A stretch of 64,000 bases of DNA from a virus. Each line of letters starts with the position of its first letter. The stretch's first letter is position 1. The notes under the pieces were generated by a model that saw only the letters and a list, made by a program, of their open reading frames with translations, had not been told where the DNA came from and searched no databases. The DNA is taken from the IMG/VR virus record IMGVR_UViG_3300031823_000001, positions 32,001 to 96,000 of that record. One strand, 5' to 3'. Shown here piece by piece: positions 28,670 through 36,798 of the stretch. A program made the position numbers and the translations under genes.

Positions 28670-29026
28670 ATGAAGGAAATGAATCTCAGCAAGACGACCG
28701 TGAAGATCATAGATATCTTCCTGGAGGACCCGCAGGCGCCCCGGTACGGGTTCGAGCTGATGAAGCGCATCCACCGGGGCGCCGGCACGGTGTACCCGAT
28801 CCTCGCGGACCTGACGTCAGCCGGATGGCTGGACCGGAACCGGGAGGACGCCGCAGCCCTGGACAGGCCGCCGCGCATCTACTACACGCTCAGCGCCGGG
28901 GCAGCGGCCTACCTGGCCGCCCGGGTCATAGCGATGGCCGGAGACTCAACAGCGGAACACCAGGCGGCCCGAGCCGGAATCGAACCGGCGCCCTACCGCT
29001 TAGGAGGCGGTCGCTCTCTCCCCTGA
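28670..29026 (+). CDS. PadR-family transcriptional regulator
   Basis: YGFELMK.....GTVYPILADL...GWL...RIYYTLS; TACACT -10 six nt before ATG. Confidence 0.85.
   Translation: MKEMNLSKTTVKIIDIFLEDPQAPRYGFELMKRIHRGAGTVYPILADLTSAGWLDRNREDAAALDRPPRIYYTLSAGAAAYLAARVIAMAGDSTAEHQAARAGIEPAPYRLGGGRSLP
28945..28960. repeat. 3' arm of a 16-bp inverted repeat bracketing the tRNA array (partner 36635-36650)
   Basis: CTCAACAGCGGAACAC is the exact reverse complement of 36635-36650. Confidence 0.85.
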
Positions 29027-29037
29027 GCTACCGGGCC
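28965..29037 (-). tRNA. tRNA-Arg(CCT)
   Basis: cloverleaf; loop ctCCTaa. Confidence 0.9.
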
Positions 29038-29186
29038 ATGAGGTAAGCAGTAATCCATGCGAGCACCGAGACGACGGCAGCGAGAACGCACACCAGTTGG
29101 TACCCGTACATGCCCATGACGGCAGACGTAGCGGCGGAAGCCGACCCGGTGAAGACATAGGACACTACCTGCTGGAGCTTGTTCAC
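29028..29186 (-). CDS. possible 52-aa two-TM peptide inside the tRNA array
   Basis: GTG-start ORF, strongly hydrophobic; no clear SD. Confidence 0.35.
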   Translation of the reverse strand: MNKLQQVVSYVFTGSASAATSAVMGMYGYQLVCVLAAVVSVLAWITAYLMAR

Positions 29187-29200
29187 AGTGCTGATCGTAG

Positions 29201-29272
29201 AGGCGGAACGGGGGATCGAACCCCGGTAATGCGCTTTGCAGGCGCATGCCTGAACCACTCGGCCATACCGCC
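29201..29272 (-). tRNA. tRNA-Cys(GCA)
   Basis: cloverleaf; ctGCAaa; U73. Confidence 0.9.
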
Positions 29273-29412
29273 GTGGGTGCTCCCCCGTCCTATCCGCCAG
29301 GACCGGGGCCCTGGTTTTCCCTTCATCCGGCCATAGCATGTCTGAAAGCTTCGGGGACTGCTCAGGGGGCTGTTGTAACCGGGGTTGGACTACCGGCGAC
29401 CTGGGGTGCACG

Positions 29413-29486
29413 TGCGCCTGGAGGGACTTGAACCCCCGGCCTCGCCCTCCGGAGGGGCGCGCTCTTTCCTGCTGAGCTACGGGCGC
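29413..29486 (-). tRNA. tRNA-Arg(CCG)
   Basis: cloverleaf; ctCCGga. Confidence 0.9.
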
Positions 29487-29487
29487 A

Positions 29488-29574
29488 TGGAGGCGACACC
29501 TGGTGCCGGCCCAGGTCTGTCCGCGAGGACGGCGGATTTACAGTCCGCTGGGCGTGCTGCCGCCCACTGCCGCC
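29488..29574 (-). tRNA. tRNA-Tyr(GTA), atypical T and D loops
   Basis: ctGTAaa; long variable arm; CCA encoded; T-loop GCCGGCA. Confidence 0.75.
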
Positions 29575-29577
29575 ATT

Positions 29578-29739
29578 TGGCGCGAGCCCCTGGATTCTGC
29601 CAGGACTCCTCCGGGTGGAACCGGAGCGTGCTGTCCGGGGACGTTATCCATGGTTTCGTCCCCTTCGCATCGAGGTCCCTGTCCAGTCAGGCCCGTGCGC
29701 ACGGACCTGGCCGGAGCCGGCCTCTTACACCAGACTCGC
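29578..29739 (-). ncRNA. tRNA-like RNA with about 95-nt structured insertion in the D-loop
   Basis: acceptor GCGAGTC/GGCTCGC plus G-CCA; D-stem GTGT/GCAC; anticodon-like arm CTCCGG-TTCCAC-CCGGAG; T-like arm CCTGG-CAGAAT-CCAGG. Confidence 0.6.
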
Positions 29740-29740
29740 G

Positions 29741-29813
29741 TAGGCAATGACGGACTTGAACCGCCGACCTCTCCGGTGTGAACGGAGCGCTCTTCCAACT
29801 GAGCTAATCGCCC
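29741..29813 (-). tRNA. tRNA-Val(CAC)
   Basis: cloverleaf; ttCACac. Confidence 0.9.
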
Positions 29814-29814
29814 T

Positions 29815-29891
29815 TGGGGTGAATGACGAGGCTTGAACTCGCGACCTCCGGTACCACAAACCGGCGCTCTGCCGACTGAGCTACACCCACC
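29815..29891 (-). tRNA. tRNA-His(GTG)
   Basis: G-1, C73, CCA; ttGTGgt. Confidence 0.9.
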
Positions 29892-29950
29892 ATGAGGACG
29901 ACGGGGGACTGAGCCCGAAGGCGGTGTCAGCCTGCTCACCTGTCGTCCAG

Positions 29951-30023
29951 TGCGGGCGGAGGGACTCGAACCCCCAACACGATGCTCCGTAGGCACCAGC
30001 TCTATCCATTGAGCTACGTCCGC
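29951..30023 (-). tRNA. tRNA-Arg(ACG)
   Basis: cloverleaf; ctACGga. Confidence 0.9.
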
Positions 30024-30061
30024 ATTAACGGGGCGGTCCCCAGGTGCCGCCGGGGACCGCT

Positions 30062-30140
30062 AAGAGGAGGCAGGGCTCGAACCTGCAATGCGTGGGCTGG
30101 CATCCCGCGCGCCAACGTCTACCAATTCCGCCACTCCTCA
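30062..30140 (-). ncRNA. atypical tRNA-like RNA (Leu-type D arm, extended anticodon stem, loop atGCCag)
   Basis: canonical T-arm GCAGG-TTCGAGC-CCTGC; 6-bp acceptor; irregular D/anticodon junction. Confidence 0.55.
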
Positions 30141-30144
30141 CCCG

Positions 30145-30217
30145 TGGGCGTACCTGGGATCGAACCAGGGACCTCTTCCGTGTCAGGGAAACGCGCGTTC
30201 CGCTGCGCTACACGCCC
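30145..30217 (-). tRNA. tRNA-Val(GAC)
   Basis: cloverleaf; ctGACac. Confidence 0.9.
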
Positions 30218-30299
30218 AGATACCGCAGCCTGTTCAGTCTCAGGTCCGTCCCCGGAGGGATGCGAGTCCCGGGCCTAGGCCCGGGAGGTCGCTGCGGCG

Positions 30300-30373
30300 C
30301 GGTCGTGACGGGACTCGAACCCGCGATCTCCTCCTTGACAGGGAGGTGAGCACTCCGTCTGCTCTGCACAACC
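30300..30373 (-). tRNA. tRNA-Asp(GTC)
   Basis: cloverleaf; ctGTCaa. Confidence 0.9.
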
Positions 30374-30450
30374 ATGCCTGCTGCACCTTGGCGTCGGTGC
30401 TTCCCTCCCCGGACGGCCCGGGTGGTGTCGGAGCGTGCAGGACCGCTCGG

Positions 30451-30522
30451 CTCCGGTACCTGGACTCGAACCAGGAGGCGCGGATTAACAGTCCGCTCGT
30501 TTACCGATTAACGGACACCGGA
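30451..30522 (-). tRNA. tRNA-Asn(GTT)
   Basis: cloverleaf; ctGTTaa. Confidence 0.88.
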
Positions 30523-30703
30523 ATGGTTCCCCGCTTCCGGTCAGCAGTGCGGGGAGAACTGCGTTCCGAAGACCACCGGGAGCGACCCGGTGCCGACCTT
30601 GCCCTTTCTGAGAGCCGGCCGGGCCAGGGCCGGTGGACGGCCAGGCGGTAGCGTTCTGCCTCCCTTACACCCGGGCGTAAAGGCGCTAGGCCTGTCTCTC
30701 TCG

Positions 30704-30776
30704 TAGCGGAGGCAGGACTTGAACCTGCGACCTCTGGGTTATGAGCCCAGCGAGCTACCGGCTGCTCCACTCCGCG
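30704..30776 (-). tRNA. initiator tRNA-fMet(CAT)
   Basis: 1:72 mismatch; three G-C pairs in anticodon stem. Confidence 0.9.
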
Positions 30777-30891
30777 TCGTGCTCCCAGGGTATCCCGGGA
30801 GGTATCTGTCTCGCACCTGCGAATTTCAGCCCACCAGTGCAAGCGCCCGGATGCCGTAAGAGGGCCGTCCTCTCGCTCCGGCATCCCCAGG

Positions 30892-30963
30892 TGGCCCCAG
30901 ACGGTTCCGACCCGTCTTCTCCTGCTTGAAAGGCAAGCGGCCTAGCCATTGGCCGATGGGGTC
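30892..30963 (-). tRNA. tRNA-Glu(TTC), atypical T-loop
   Basis: ctTTCaa; T-loop GTCGGAA. Confidence 0.8.
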
Positions 30964-31009
30964 TAGAATGTTACTCGCCGAGTCGGCTGACAACACCTAT
31001 ACTTAATTC

Positions 31010-31414
31010 ATGAACACCACCACTCAAGGAGAAATAAGCGAAGGCCACGTCATCGCGCACCTACTGAAGCGCGGCTACGCCGTGTCCATACCATTCGGTA
31101 ACAACCAGCGATATGACCTTGTAATCGATGACGGAAGCCATTTGTGGCGAGCCCAGACAAAAACAGCTCGGCTAGAAAAGGGCTGCCTGGTGTTCAATTG
31201 CAGCAATAACGGATACAAGGGCGTACGCAAGACGTATCAGGGGCAGATCGACCTCTTCCTGATCTACAGCCCACACACAGATAAGGTCTATCGGGTACCC
31301 ATCGAAGCAGCTACTGTCACGTCGATGATGCTGCGTATCGACCCGACCAGGGCAGGGAGCCCCAAGTCACCGAAGCATCCGATCAAGTGGGCTAGCGACT
31401 ACGAGCTGACCTGA
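31010..31414 (+). CDS. PD-(D/E)XK homing endonuclease of the I-Ssp6803I-like family
   Basis: T..QGEISE..V...L...GY.VS.PFG...RYDL......RAQTKT motif; low GC; TATACT -10, leaderless. Confidence 0.85.
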   Translation: MNTTTQGEISEGHVIAHLLKRGYAVSIPFGNNQRYDLVIDDGSHLWRAQTKTARLEKGCLVFNCSNNGYKGVRKTYQGQIDLFLIYSPHTDKVYRVPIEAATVTSMMLRIDPTRAGSPKSPKHPIKWASDYELT

Positions 31415-31415
31415 G

Positions 31416-31490
31416 TGGTCCCGACGGGATTCGAACCCGTGTCAGTTGGTTGAGAACCAACCATCCTGAACCTGACTAGACGACAGGACC
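31416..31490 (-). tRNA. tRNA-Glu(CTC)
   Basis: cloverleaf; ttCTCaa. Confidence 0.9.
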
Positions 31491-31578
31491 ATGTTCCGCA
31501 CGGCTTGACCGACCGCCGGAGAGCACCCGGGGCTAGCAACCGGGTTCACGGGGCCGTCTTTAAGCGCGGCCGTTCAAG

Positions 31579-31651
31579 TGCGCCATGAGGGTCTCGAACC
31601 CTCGGCCAGCCCCTTAGAAGGAGGCTGCTCTGTCCGCTGAGCTAATGGCGC
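31579..31651 (-). tRNA. tRNA-Arg(TCT)
   Basis: cloverleaf; ctTCTaa. Confidence 0.9.
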
Positions 31652-31660
31652 AGATGCTAG

Positions 31661-31733
31661 TGGGCCGCCAGGGGATCGAACCCTGAACCCGTCGGTTAAA
31701 AGCCGACAACTCTGCCGATTGAGTTAGCGGCCC
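31661..31733 (-). tRNA. tRNA-Lys(TTT)
   Basis: cloverleaf; ctTTTaa. Confidence 0.9.
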
Positions 31734-31784
31734 GCGATCGGTATTCGCCGGGCCTGTTTCTCGTACATGTTTTCTCCGTCCCGG

Positions 31785-31857
31785 TGGGCCGTGTACGGAT
31801 TGAACGCACGACTCTCACCTTATAAGGGTGCCACTCTTACCACTGAGTTAACGGCCC
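31785..31857 (-). tRNA. tRNA-Ile(TAT)
   Basis: cloverleaf; ctTATaa. Confidence 0.85.
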
Positions 31858-31862
31858 CTGAG

Positions 31863-31935
31863 TAGCGGTAGAGGGGATCGAACCCCCGACAACCCGATCA
31901 TGAGTCGGGCGCTCTGCCGACTGAGCTACACCGCC
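31863..31935 (-). tRNA. elongator tRNA-Met(CAT)
   Basis: cloverleaf; ctCATga; GGCGGTG acceptor. Confidence 0.85.
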
Positions 31936-32021
31936 ATGGCGCACCCGGGGTCCCTCACAGCCTCCTGGCGAGCCAGGCTGCCGACCTACCCATCCGGTCG
32001 TACCCTCCGCCGGGTGCACTG

Positions 32022-32095
32022 TGGGCGAAAGAGGAATTGAACCTCTGACCTCCCGGTTATCAGCCGGACGCTCTAACCAACTGAGCTACCCGCCC
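32022..32095 (-). tRNA. tRNA-Ile(GAT)
   Basis: cloverleaf; ctGATaa. Confidence 0.9.
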
Positions 32096-32106
32096 ATTTA
32101 CCTGCG

Positions 32107-32192
32107 CAGAGGATTGAGGTGCCGACCCCCACGGCCCTTCCGGACCGCCGCCGGTTTTCGAGACCGGATGCGCCGCCGGGCGCGAACCCTCC
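32107..32192 (-). tRNA. tRNA-Ser(CGA), atypical T and D loops
   Basis: ctCGAaa; long variable arm; T-loop GTCGGCA; 4-nt D-loop. Confidence 0.75.
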
Positions 32193-32277
32193 ACTATCTG
32201 CGGTCGCCCCTGGGAACGCTTTGCGGCCGGAGCCTTGCACGGGTCGCAGCACCCGTAGCGGGGAGTCGAACCCCACG

Positions 32278-32362
32278 CGGAGAGAGCGAGATTTGAACTC
32301 GCGAGGCGTTGCCACCAACACGCTTTCCAGGCGTGCGCCCTAGGCCACTAGGCGACCTCTCC
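32278..32362 (-). tRNA. tRNA-Ser(GGA)
   Basis: cloverleaf with variable arm; ctGGAaa. Confidence 0.9.
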
Positions 32363-32524
32363 ATGCACGGCCGGATGACCTCCCGGGTTTCCCCTCGGGG
32401 GCTCGCTCCCGCCTGCCGCTGCCTTGCCGCGCGTCAGCAGCAGCGCAGTCACGAGCTGGAAGGTCATCCAAGTGCCGGTCCCGGCTTCCGGTGTACCCAG
32501 GGTGGGAGCCTGCCGGGACCCGAG

Positions 32525-32609
32525 CGGAGGGAGCGAGATTCGAACTCGCGAGGGCGGACCCAACTGCATTAGCGGTGCAGCGCCATAGGCCGGACTAGGC
32601 GACCCCTCC
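32525..32609 (-). tRNA. tRNA-Ser(GCT), C33
   Basis: loop ccGCTaa; variable arm. Confidence 0.85.
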
Positions 32610-32710
32610 ATGTGCGCTGCTCCCCCAGATCCAGGCTCGGGGTGGTAGCTCCCCGGCATAGTCCTGGAGCGGAGCCGGGGTCGCCAGGGTGCCGCAGCGC
32701 GGGCACCCTG

Positions 32711-32797
32711 TGGTGGGCGAAGAGGGACTTGAACCCTCACATCCTTGCGGGATACACGGGCCTGAACCGTGCGCGTCTGCCGTTCCGCCACACGCCC
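32711..32797 (-). tRNA. tRNA-Leu(CAG)
   Basis: ttCAGgc; variable arm; CCA. Confidence 0.9.
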
Positions 32798-32915
32798 ATG
32801 GAGTGCTCCGCCAACCCGAAGCCCTCTTAGATCTAGCGTCTCGGCAACCGTCATCTCACCAGCCCGGAGACCTCGGGGCTGGCAGCTCGTGGAGCCTGGT
32901 GTGTTGGCGACGCTG

Positions 32916-32988
32916 AGCGGATAACCGGGTTCGAACCGGCGACATCCACCTTGGGAAGGTGGCGCTCTGCCTGCTGAGCTACATCCGC
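32916..32988 (-). tRNA. tRNA-Gly(CCC)
   Basis: ttCCCaa; U73. Confidence 0.9.
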
Positions 32989-33084
32989 ATGACCTGGGGT
33001 CCCCTTCAGGCCGCGTCCGGCCTCGGAGGGCGCTCTGTACCATGGCTCGGGCTTTGGGCCAGCAGAGGCGTGGTACCCCAGTTG

Positions 33085-33156
33085 AGCGGATAACGGGGAT
33101 CGAACCCGCGACCTACACCTTGGCAAGGTGTCGCGCTACCACTGCGCCACATCCGC
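33085..33156 (-). tRNA. tRNA-Gly(GCC)
   Basis: ttGCCaa; U73. Confidence 0.9.
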
Positions 33157-33168
33157 ATGCTTACTGCG

Positions 33169-33241
33169 AGCCCGGAGCCGGATTCGAACCGGCGACCTGC
33201 TCCCTACCATGGAGCCGCTCTGCCGCTGGAGCTATCCGGGC
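33169..33241 (-). tRNA. tRNA-Thr(GGT)
   Basis: atGGTag. Confidence 0.9.
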
Positions 33242-33252
33242 ATGTTCTTGCG

Positions 33253-33327
33253 CTGGGCGGCAGGGACTCGAACCCCGAACCTCCGGGACCAAAGCCCGGC
33301 GCTCTGCCAAAGTTGAGCTAACGCCCA
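33253..33327 (-). tRNA. tRNA-Gln(TTG)
   Basis: ctTTGgt; U1-A72, G73. Confidence 0.9.
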
Positions 33328-33332
33328 CTGTG

Positions 33333-33405
33333 AGCCGCCTAACGGATTCGAACCGATGACCCTCCGCTTACAAGGCGACTGCTCTTCCTGCTGAGCTAAG
33401 GCGGC
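33333..33405 (-). tRNA. tRNA-Thr(TGT)
   Basis: ctTGTaa. Confidence 0.88.
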
Positions 33406-33523
33406 GTAGTCCGGGGTACCCTCCCGGTCCAGGACAACCAAGTACCACAGGCACGATGTTCCACAAGCCTGCCGTCCCCGCTCTGCCGGGCTCATATACG
33501 TTTCGCCCGGTTTATCCTGCCCG

Positions 33524-33610
33524 TGTCCGAGGAGGGAATCGAACCCTCACGCCCGTGGGTATGGGCACTAGCACCTCAAGCTAGCGCGGCTGCCGTTACG
33601 CCACCCGGAC
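33524..33610 (-). tRNA. tRNA-Leu(GAG)
   Basis: ttGAGgt; variable arm. Confidence 0.9.
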
Positions 33611-33866
33611 ATAAGTCAGACCTACACCCGGGCCGTACTGCCCGGCATCCTTCTCCCGCTTGTCCAGGCTCGGCCTGGCGAGTTCGGGCAACCTAACGCG
33701 GCCCCGAGGGGTCTCCCCTGCCTCGGTCTGACGATCATGGTGACGGCCTCAGCCCTAGCCGCCACGGGAGCCCCGCCTGTACCTCGCTCCTTCTAACTGC
33801 CGGACGTTTCCACCCTCCGCTACCCGGACGTATCTGCAAGGCCGAAGCCCTCGGTGGGACACTACG

Positions 33867-33939
33867 AGCCCCGGAACGGAATCGAACCGTTGACCTCACC
33901 ATTACGAGTGGCGTGCTCTGCCATCTGAGCTACAGGGGC
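33867..33939 (-). tRNA. tRNA-Thr(CGT)
   Basis: ctCGTaa. Confidence 0.88.
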
Positions 33940-34016
33940 TGGATGCCGCGCTCGATCCGTCTAAGCTACCGGCCCACGGGCGGACCGGACGGGACTCGAA
34001 CCCGCCTCTACGGCTG
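33940..34016 (-). ncRNA. circularly permuted tRNA-like RNA (T arm, loop-closed acceptor, D arm; YrlA-like topology)
   Basis: GCCGT-AGAG-GCGGG TTCGAGT CCCGT-CCGGTCC gcccgt GGGCCGG-TA-GCTT agacggatc GAGC-GCGGC-atcca. Confidence 0.7.
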
Positions 34017-34092
34017 CTGGGGTACCAGGTCTCGAACCTGGAACCTCGGGCACCAGACGCCCGCGCTCTGCCATTGATTGAGCTATACCCCA
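34017..34092 (-). tRNA. tRNA-Gln(CTG)
   Basis: gtCTGgt; U1-A72, G73. Confidence 0.88.
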
Positions 34093-34119
34093 ATGCGGCG
34101 TTTACCGTCTGCCGTGGAC

Positions 34120-34203
34120 TGGTGGGCAAGGAGGGGGTCGAACCCTCATGTCGAAGACACCGGGACTTGAGGCCGGCGCGTCTGCCTGTTCCGCCACTCG
34201 CCC
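34120..34203 (-). tRNA. tRNA-Leu(CAA)
   Basis: ctCAAgt; variable arm; CCA. Confidence 0.88.
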
Positions 34204-34395
34204 AGAGATTGCGGGGCCTGGCCGCCTTCCCCTTGCCAGCTCAGCGGCCAGGCCCGTGTGGACGGGGACCTGCCGCGAGTCCTGCCTGAGGCCTGAGCAC
34301 CGTCGCCCCACGGCCTGGAACCCTGCCGCACGGGTCTCCTCGCGGGTGGCCCGCGCCGCCCATCAGGAAGATACAGCATTTCAAGCCAGCTCGCG

Positions 34396-34468
34396 TGCGC
34401 CGTGAGGGACTCGAACCCCCGGCCCGCTGATTAAGAGTCAGCAACTCTACCGACTGAGTTAACGGCGC
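34396..34468 (-). tRNA. tRNA-Lys(CTT)
   Basis: ctCTTaa. Confidence 0.9.
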
Positions 34469-34469
34469 C

Positions 34470-34543
34470 TGGAGCGGATGACGGGAGTCGAACCCGCGTG
34501 ACCAGCTTGGAAGGCTGGGGCTCTGCCACTGAGCTACGTCCGC
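34470..34543 (-). tRNA. tRNA-Gly(TCC)
   Basis: ctTCCaa; CCA. Confidence 0.9.
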
Positions 34544-34678
34544 ATGTGCCAATTCCACGGCAGTCCTTCATGACGGAACTGCCTCCCTTAACGCAGGGGT
34601 CACAGGCAACCTTCGCGCCCGGGAGCACTTCACCCCGGGCTGCCGCGATGATCCTGAGTGCACCAGGTCGCTGCATCG

Positions 34679-34735
34679 CACGGTCCCGGGGTTCGAACCC
34701 GGCTCGGCCCGTAGGCCTGGCGTCCCGCCGACCGC
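34679..34735 (-). ncRNA. miniature anticodon-less tRNA-like cloverleaf
   Basis: GCGGTC/GACCGT stem; GGCG-gga-CGCC; GGCC-tacg-GGCC; canonical T-arm CCGGG-TTCGAAC-CCCGG. Confidence 0.5.
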
Positions 34736-34792
34736 TTTTCCGCCCGGGGCGCTTACCGGGCGGTCCAGGTGACGTCCGTACGCCTGTCACCG

Positions 34793-34866
34793 TGGTCACA
34801 GGGGCGATCGAATCCCCGGCCTGTCCCTTTTCAGGGGACCGCTCGTACCGTCTGAGCTATGTGACC
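34793..34866 (-). tRNA. tRNA-Phe(GAA)
   Basis: ctGAAaa. Confidence 0.9.
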
Positions 34867-34871
34867 TTGAG

Positions 34872-34981
34872 TAGCGCCCCGGGGGTCGAGCCCGGCCCTG
34901 GGCGAGTGACCACCGCAGGTGCCCGGTTACCCCGGGCCTGCGGCGTCCGCCCGCCCTGTGCGTGCCACCACACCAAGCGCG
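34872..34981 (-). ncRNA. tRNA-like RNA with greatly extended anticodon arm
   Basis: GCGCT/GGCGC acceptor; TG-GTGT..GCAC D-arm; about 60-nt rod; T-arm CCGGG-CTCGACC-CCCGG. Confidence 0.5.
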
Positions 34982-35031
34982 GTACGCGGGTTGCGGTCCC
35001 GCGCTCCGGTGACCCCTGGCCTGGGGTCCCG

Positions 35032-35106
<75 letters not shown>

Positions 35107-35216
35107 TTGAAAGGCAGTGCACCCGGGAAAGCTGCGGGGTACCCCGCGAACCCGGGACATGCGTCCATGCTTCGGCCGACCACCTGGTTCGTCCAGATTC
35201 CTGCCTCGGCACTGCC

Positions 35217-35291
35217 TGGTCGGGATAGCAGGGGTCGAACCTGCCGCCCCCCGGCCCCCAGCCGGGTGCGCTACCGCTGCGCCATATCCCG
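35217..35291 (-). tRNA. tRNA-Pro(GGG)
   Basis: ctGGGgg; CCA. Confidence 0.88.
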
Positions 35292-35574
35292 AAGCGAATC
35301 CCTGGCAGGGCGTGGCCCTTCACTACCGCCGCACTTACGCCGGGGATTCTGTTTGCTCGGTGCCAGGCCCTAGCGTCGCGATCACTTCCTGGTCACCTGC
35401 ACGGTACTGCCGGACGGCTCTCGCCTCCCCGTGCTGTGGATGCGCCTGCCCTTTTATGAGTCCCCGGCAGGTACAGGGAGGTTAACGCCGCCCACCCGGC
35501 CGCCGCATGGCAACCAGGACTACTCCCCCTTGCGCGAGAGGGCTTCGGGGGCTGCGCAAGCCCCAGGCGACTCG

Positions 35575-35645
35575 TCGGGACAGCCGGGAACGAGCCGGCA
35601 CCTTCCTGCTTCCAGAGCAGGGGCTCTGCATTGAGCTACATCCCG
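35575..35645 (-). tRNA. tRNA-Pro(TGG), atypical or degenerate
   Basis: loop tcTGGaa (C33, A37); T-loop CTCGTTC; D-loop lacks GG; stems intact. Confidence 0.65.
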
Positions 35646-35750
35646 TCACCCGCGTCCGGAAGCCGTTATCCGGTTATGCATTCGGGCTCGCGGCGCCCGC
35701 CCGGCATCCTCCAGCGCTGAGCCTAGGATTCGCGCTGGCAATCACCAAGG

Positions 35751-35824
35751 TGGAGAAGAGGGGACTCGAACCCCTGACAACCCGGTTGCGGGCCGGGTGC
35801 TCTGCCAGACTGAGCTACATCCCC
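35751..35824 (-). tRNA. tRNA-Ala(CGC), C33
   Basis: G3:U70; loop ccCGCaa. Confidence 0.85.
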
Positions 35825-36169
35825 AGGTACGCCGACGCGACTGTCTCCCGACGTGGTGCGACGCCGCTGACGTTTGGCTAAGGCAGTCAGCTAGCCCGGT
35901 ATAAGCCGGAAGCAGGCAGAGACCCCGCTGACAGGCGGAGGCGGCACCGTCGCGCCGCCCTGGTCTCCCGAAGAAGTCAAGCGCCCGGATCGCTCTCGGA
36001 CCTGCCTACGGACCTCGCTTGGCTAAAGAACATCTTCGTTGCCTTCCAACTAGTATCGGCTTCCGGCCGATCACGGCAGTGCTCTCGCGTTTGGTTACGG
36101 TTCGCCGCACCCGCTGTTGAGCTATGCCCCCTCAGGGGCACCCGGTCTGGGGCCGGGATCGCTGCCTCG

Positions 36170-36242
36170 TGGAGCCTATCGGATTCGAACCGATGACCTT
36201 CTCCATGCCATGGAGACGCGCTACCAACTGCGCTAAGGCCCC
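36170..36242 (-). tRNA. tRNA-Ala(GGC)
   Basis: G3:U70; atGGCat. Confidence 0.9.
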
Positions 36243-36634
36243 ATTGGAGCCGCCCCCACGGTCGCCGGGTAGCCACGAGGGCAGCCGGGCGCGAGGGCGG
36301 ACTCACTGATCCCTAAGATCCTGACGGCCGAGGCCCGGCGCATCCCGCTGGTGTGAACAGCGGGCCGCCTTATCCTCGAAGTGGATACCGCAGCGAGCAT
36401 CGGGATTCTAGCTGGCGAGGTGCCCGGTACAGGACCGTCTTGCGACAGCCCCAGCCTTTAACGGCTGCTGCTCCCCGGGAGTAGCTGCATTGTCTTTCAC
36501 CACGCCGAAATCTGAGCGACCGAGGAGTACCCGCCGGTTTGTTTCATGACTCCACCAGACGGTAAGTGTCCGTAGGTCTCCTAGCCCGGACGGGTCCCCG
36601 GTCGCTGGCGGCAGGTTGGCACCCTGCCGCATTC

Positions 36635-36650
36635 GTGTTCCGCTGTTGAG
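36635..36650. repeat. 5' arm of the 16-bp inverted repeat bracketing the tRNA array
   Basis: GTGTTCCGCTGTTGAG; partner 28945-28960. Confidence 0.85.
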
Positions 36651-36726
36651 ATGTCAAATATCGAGCCGGTTACCGTCCTCGGGGCTCTCGCCCGTCGGCC
36701 GGTGGCTGTAGGACCTTGCGGTCCAG

Positions 36727-36798
36727 CAGGGACGGAGGGGCTCGAACCCCCGGCACGCGGCTTTGGAGACCGCTGCTCTACCACTGAGCTACATCCCT
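36727..36798 (-). tRNA. tRNA-Trp(CCA)
   Basis: ctCCAaa; G73. Confidence 0.9.

Noticed and set aside
31524-31546. Amber suppressor tRNA (CTA in a hairpin loop)
   Set aside because: 9-nt loop with no T-arm or acceptor stem around it.
35830-36630. tmRNA
   Set aside because: No Ala-type acceptor/T-arm termini or tag frame found by eye; left as unknown structured RNA.
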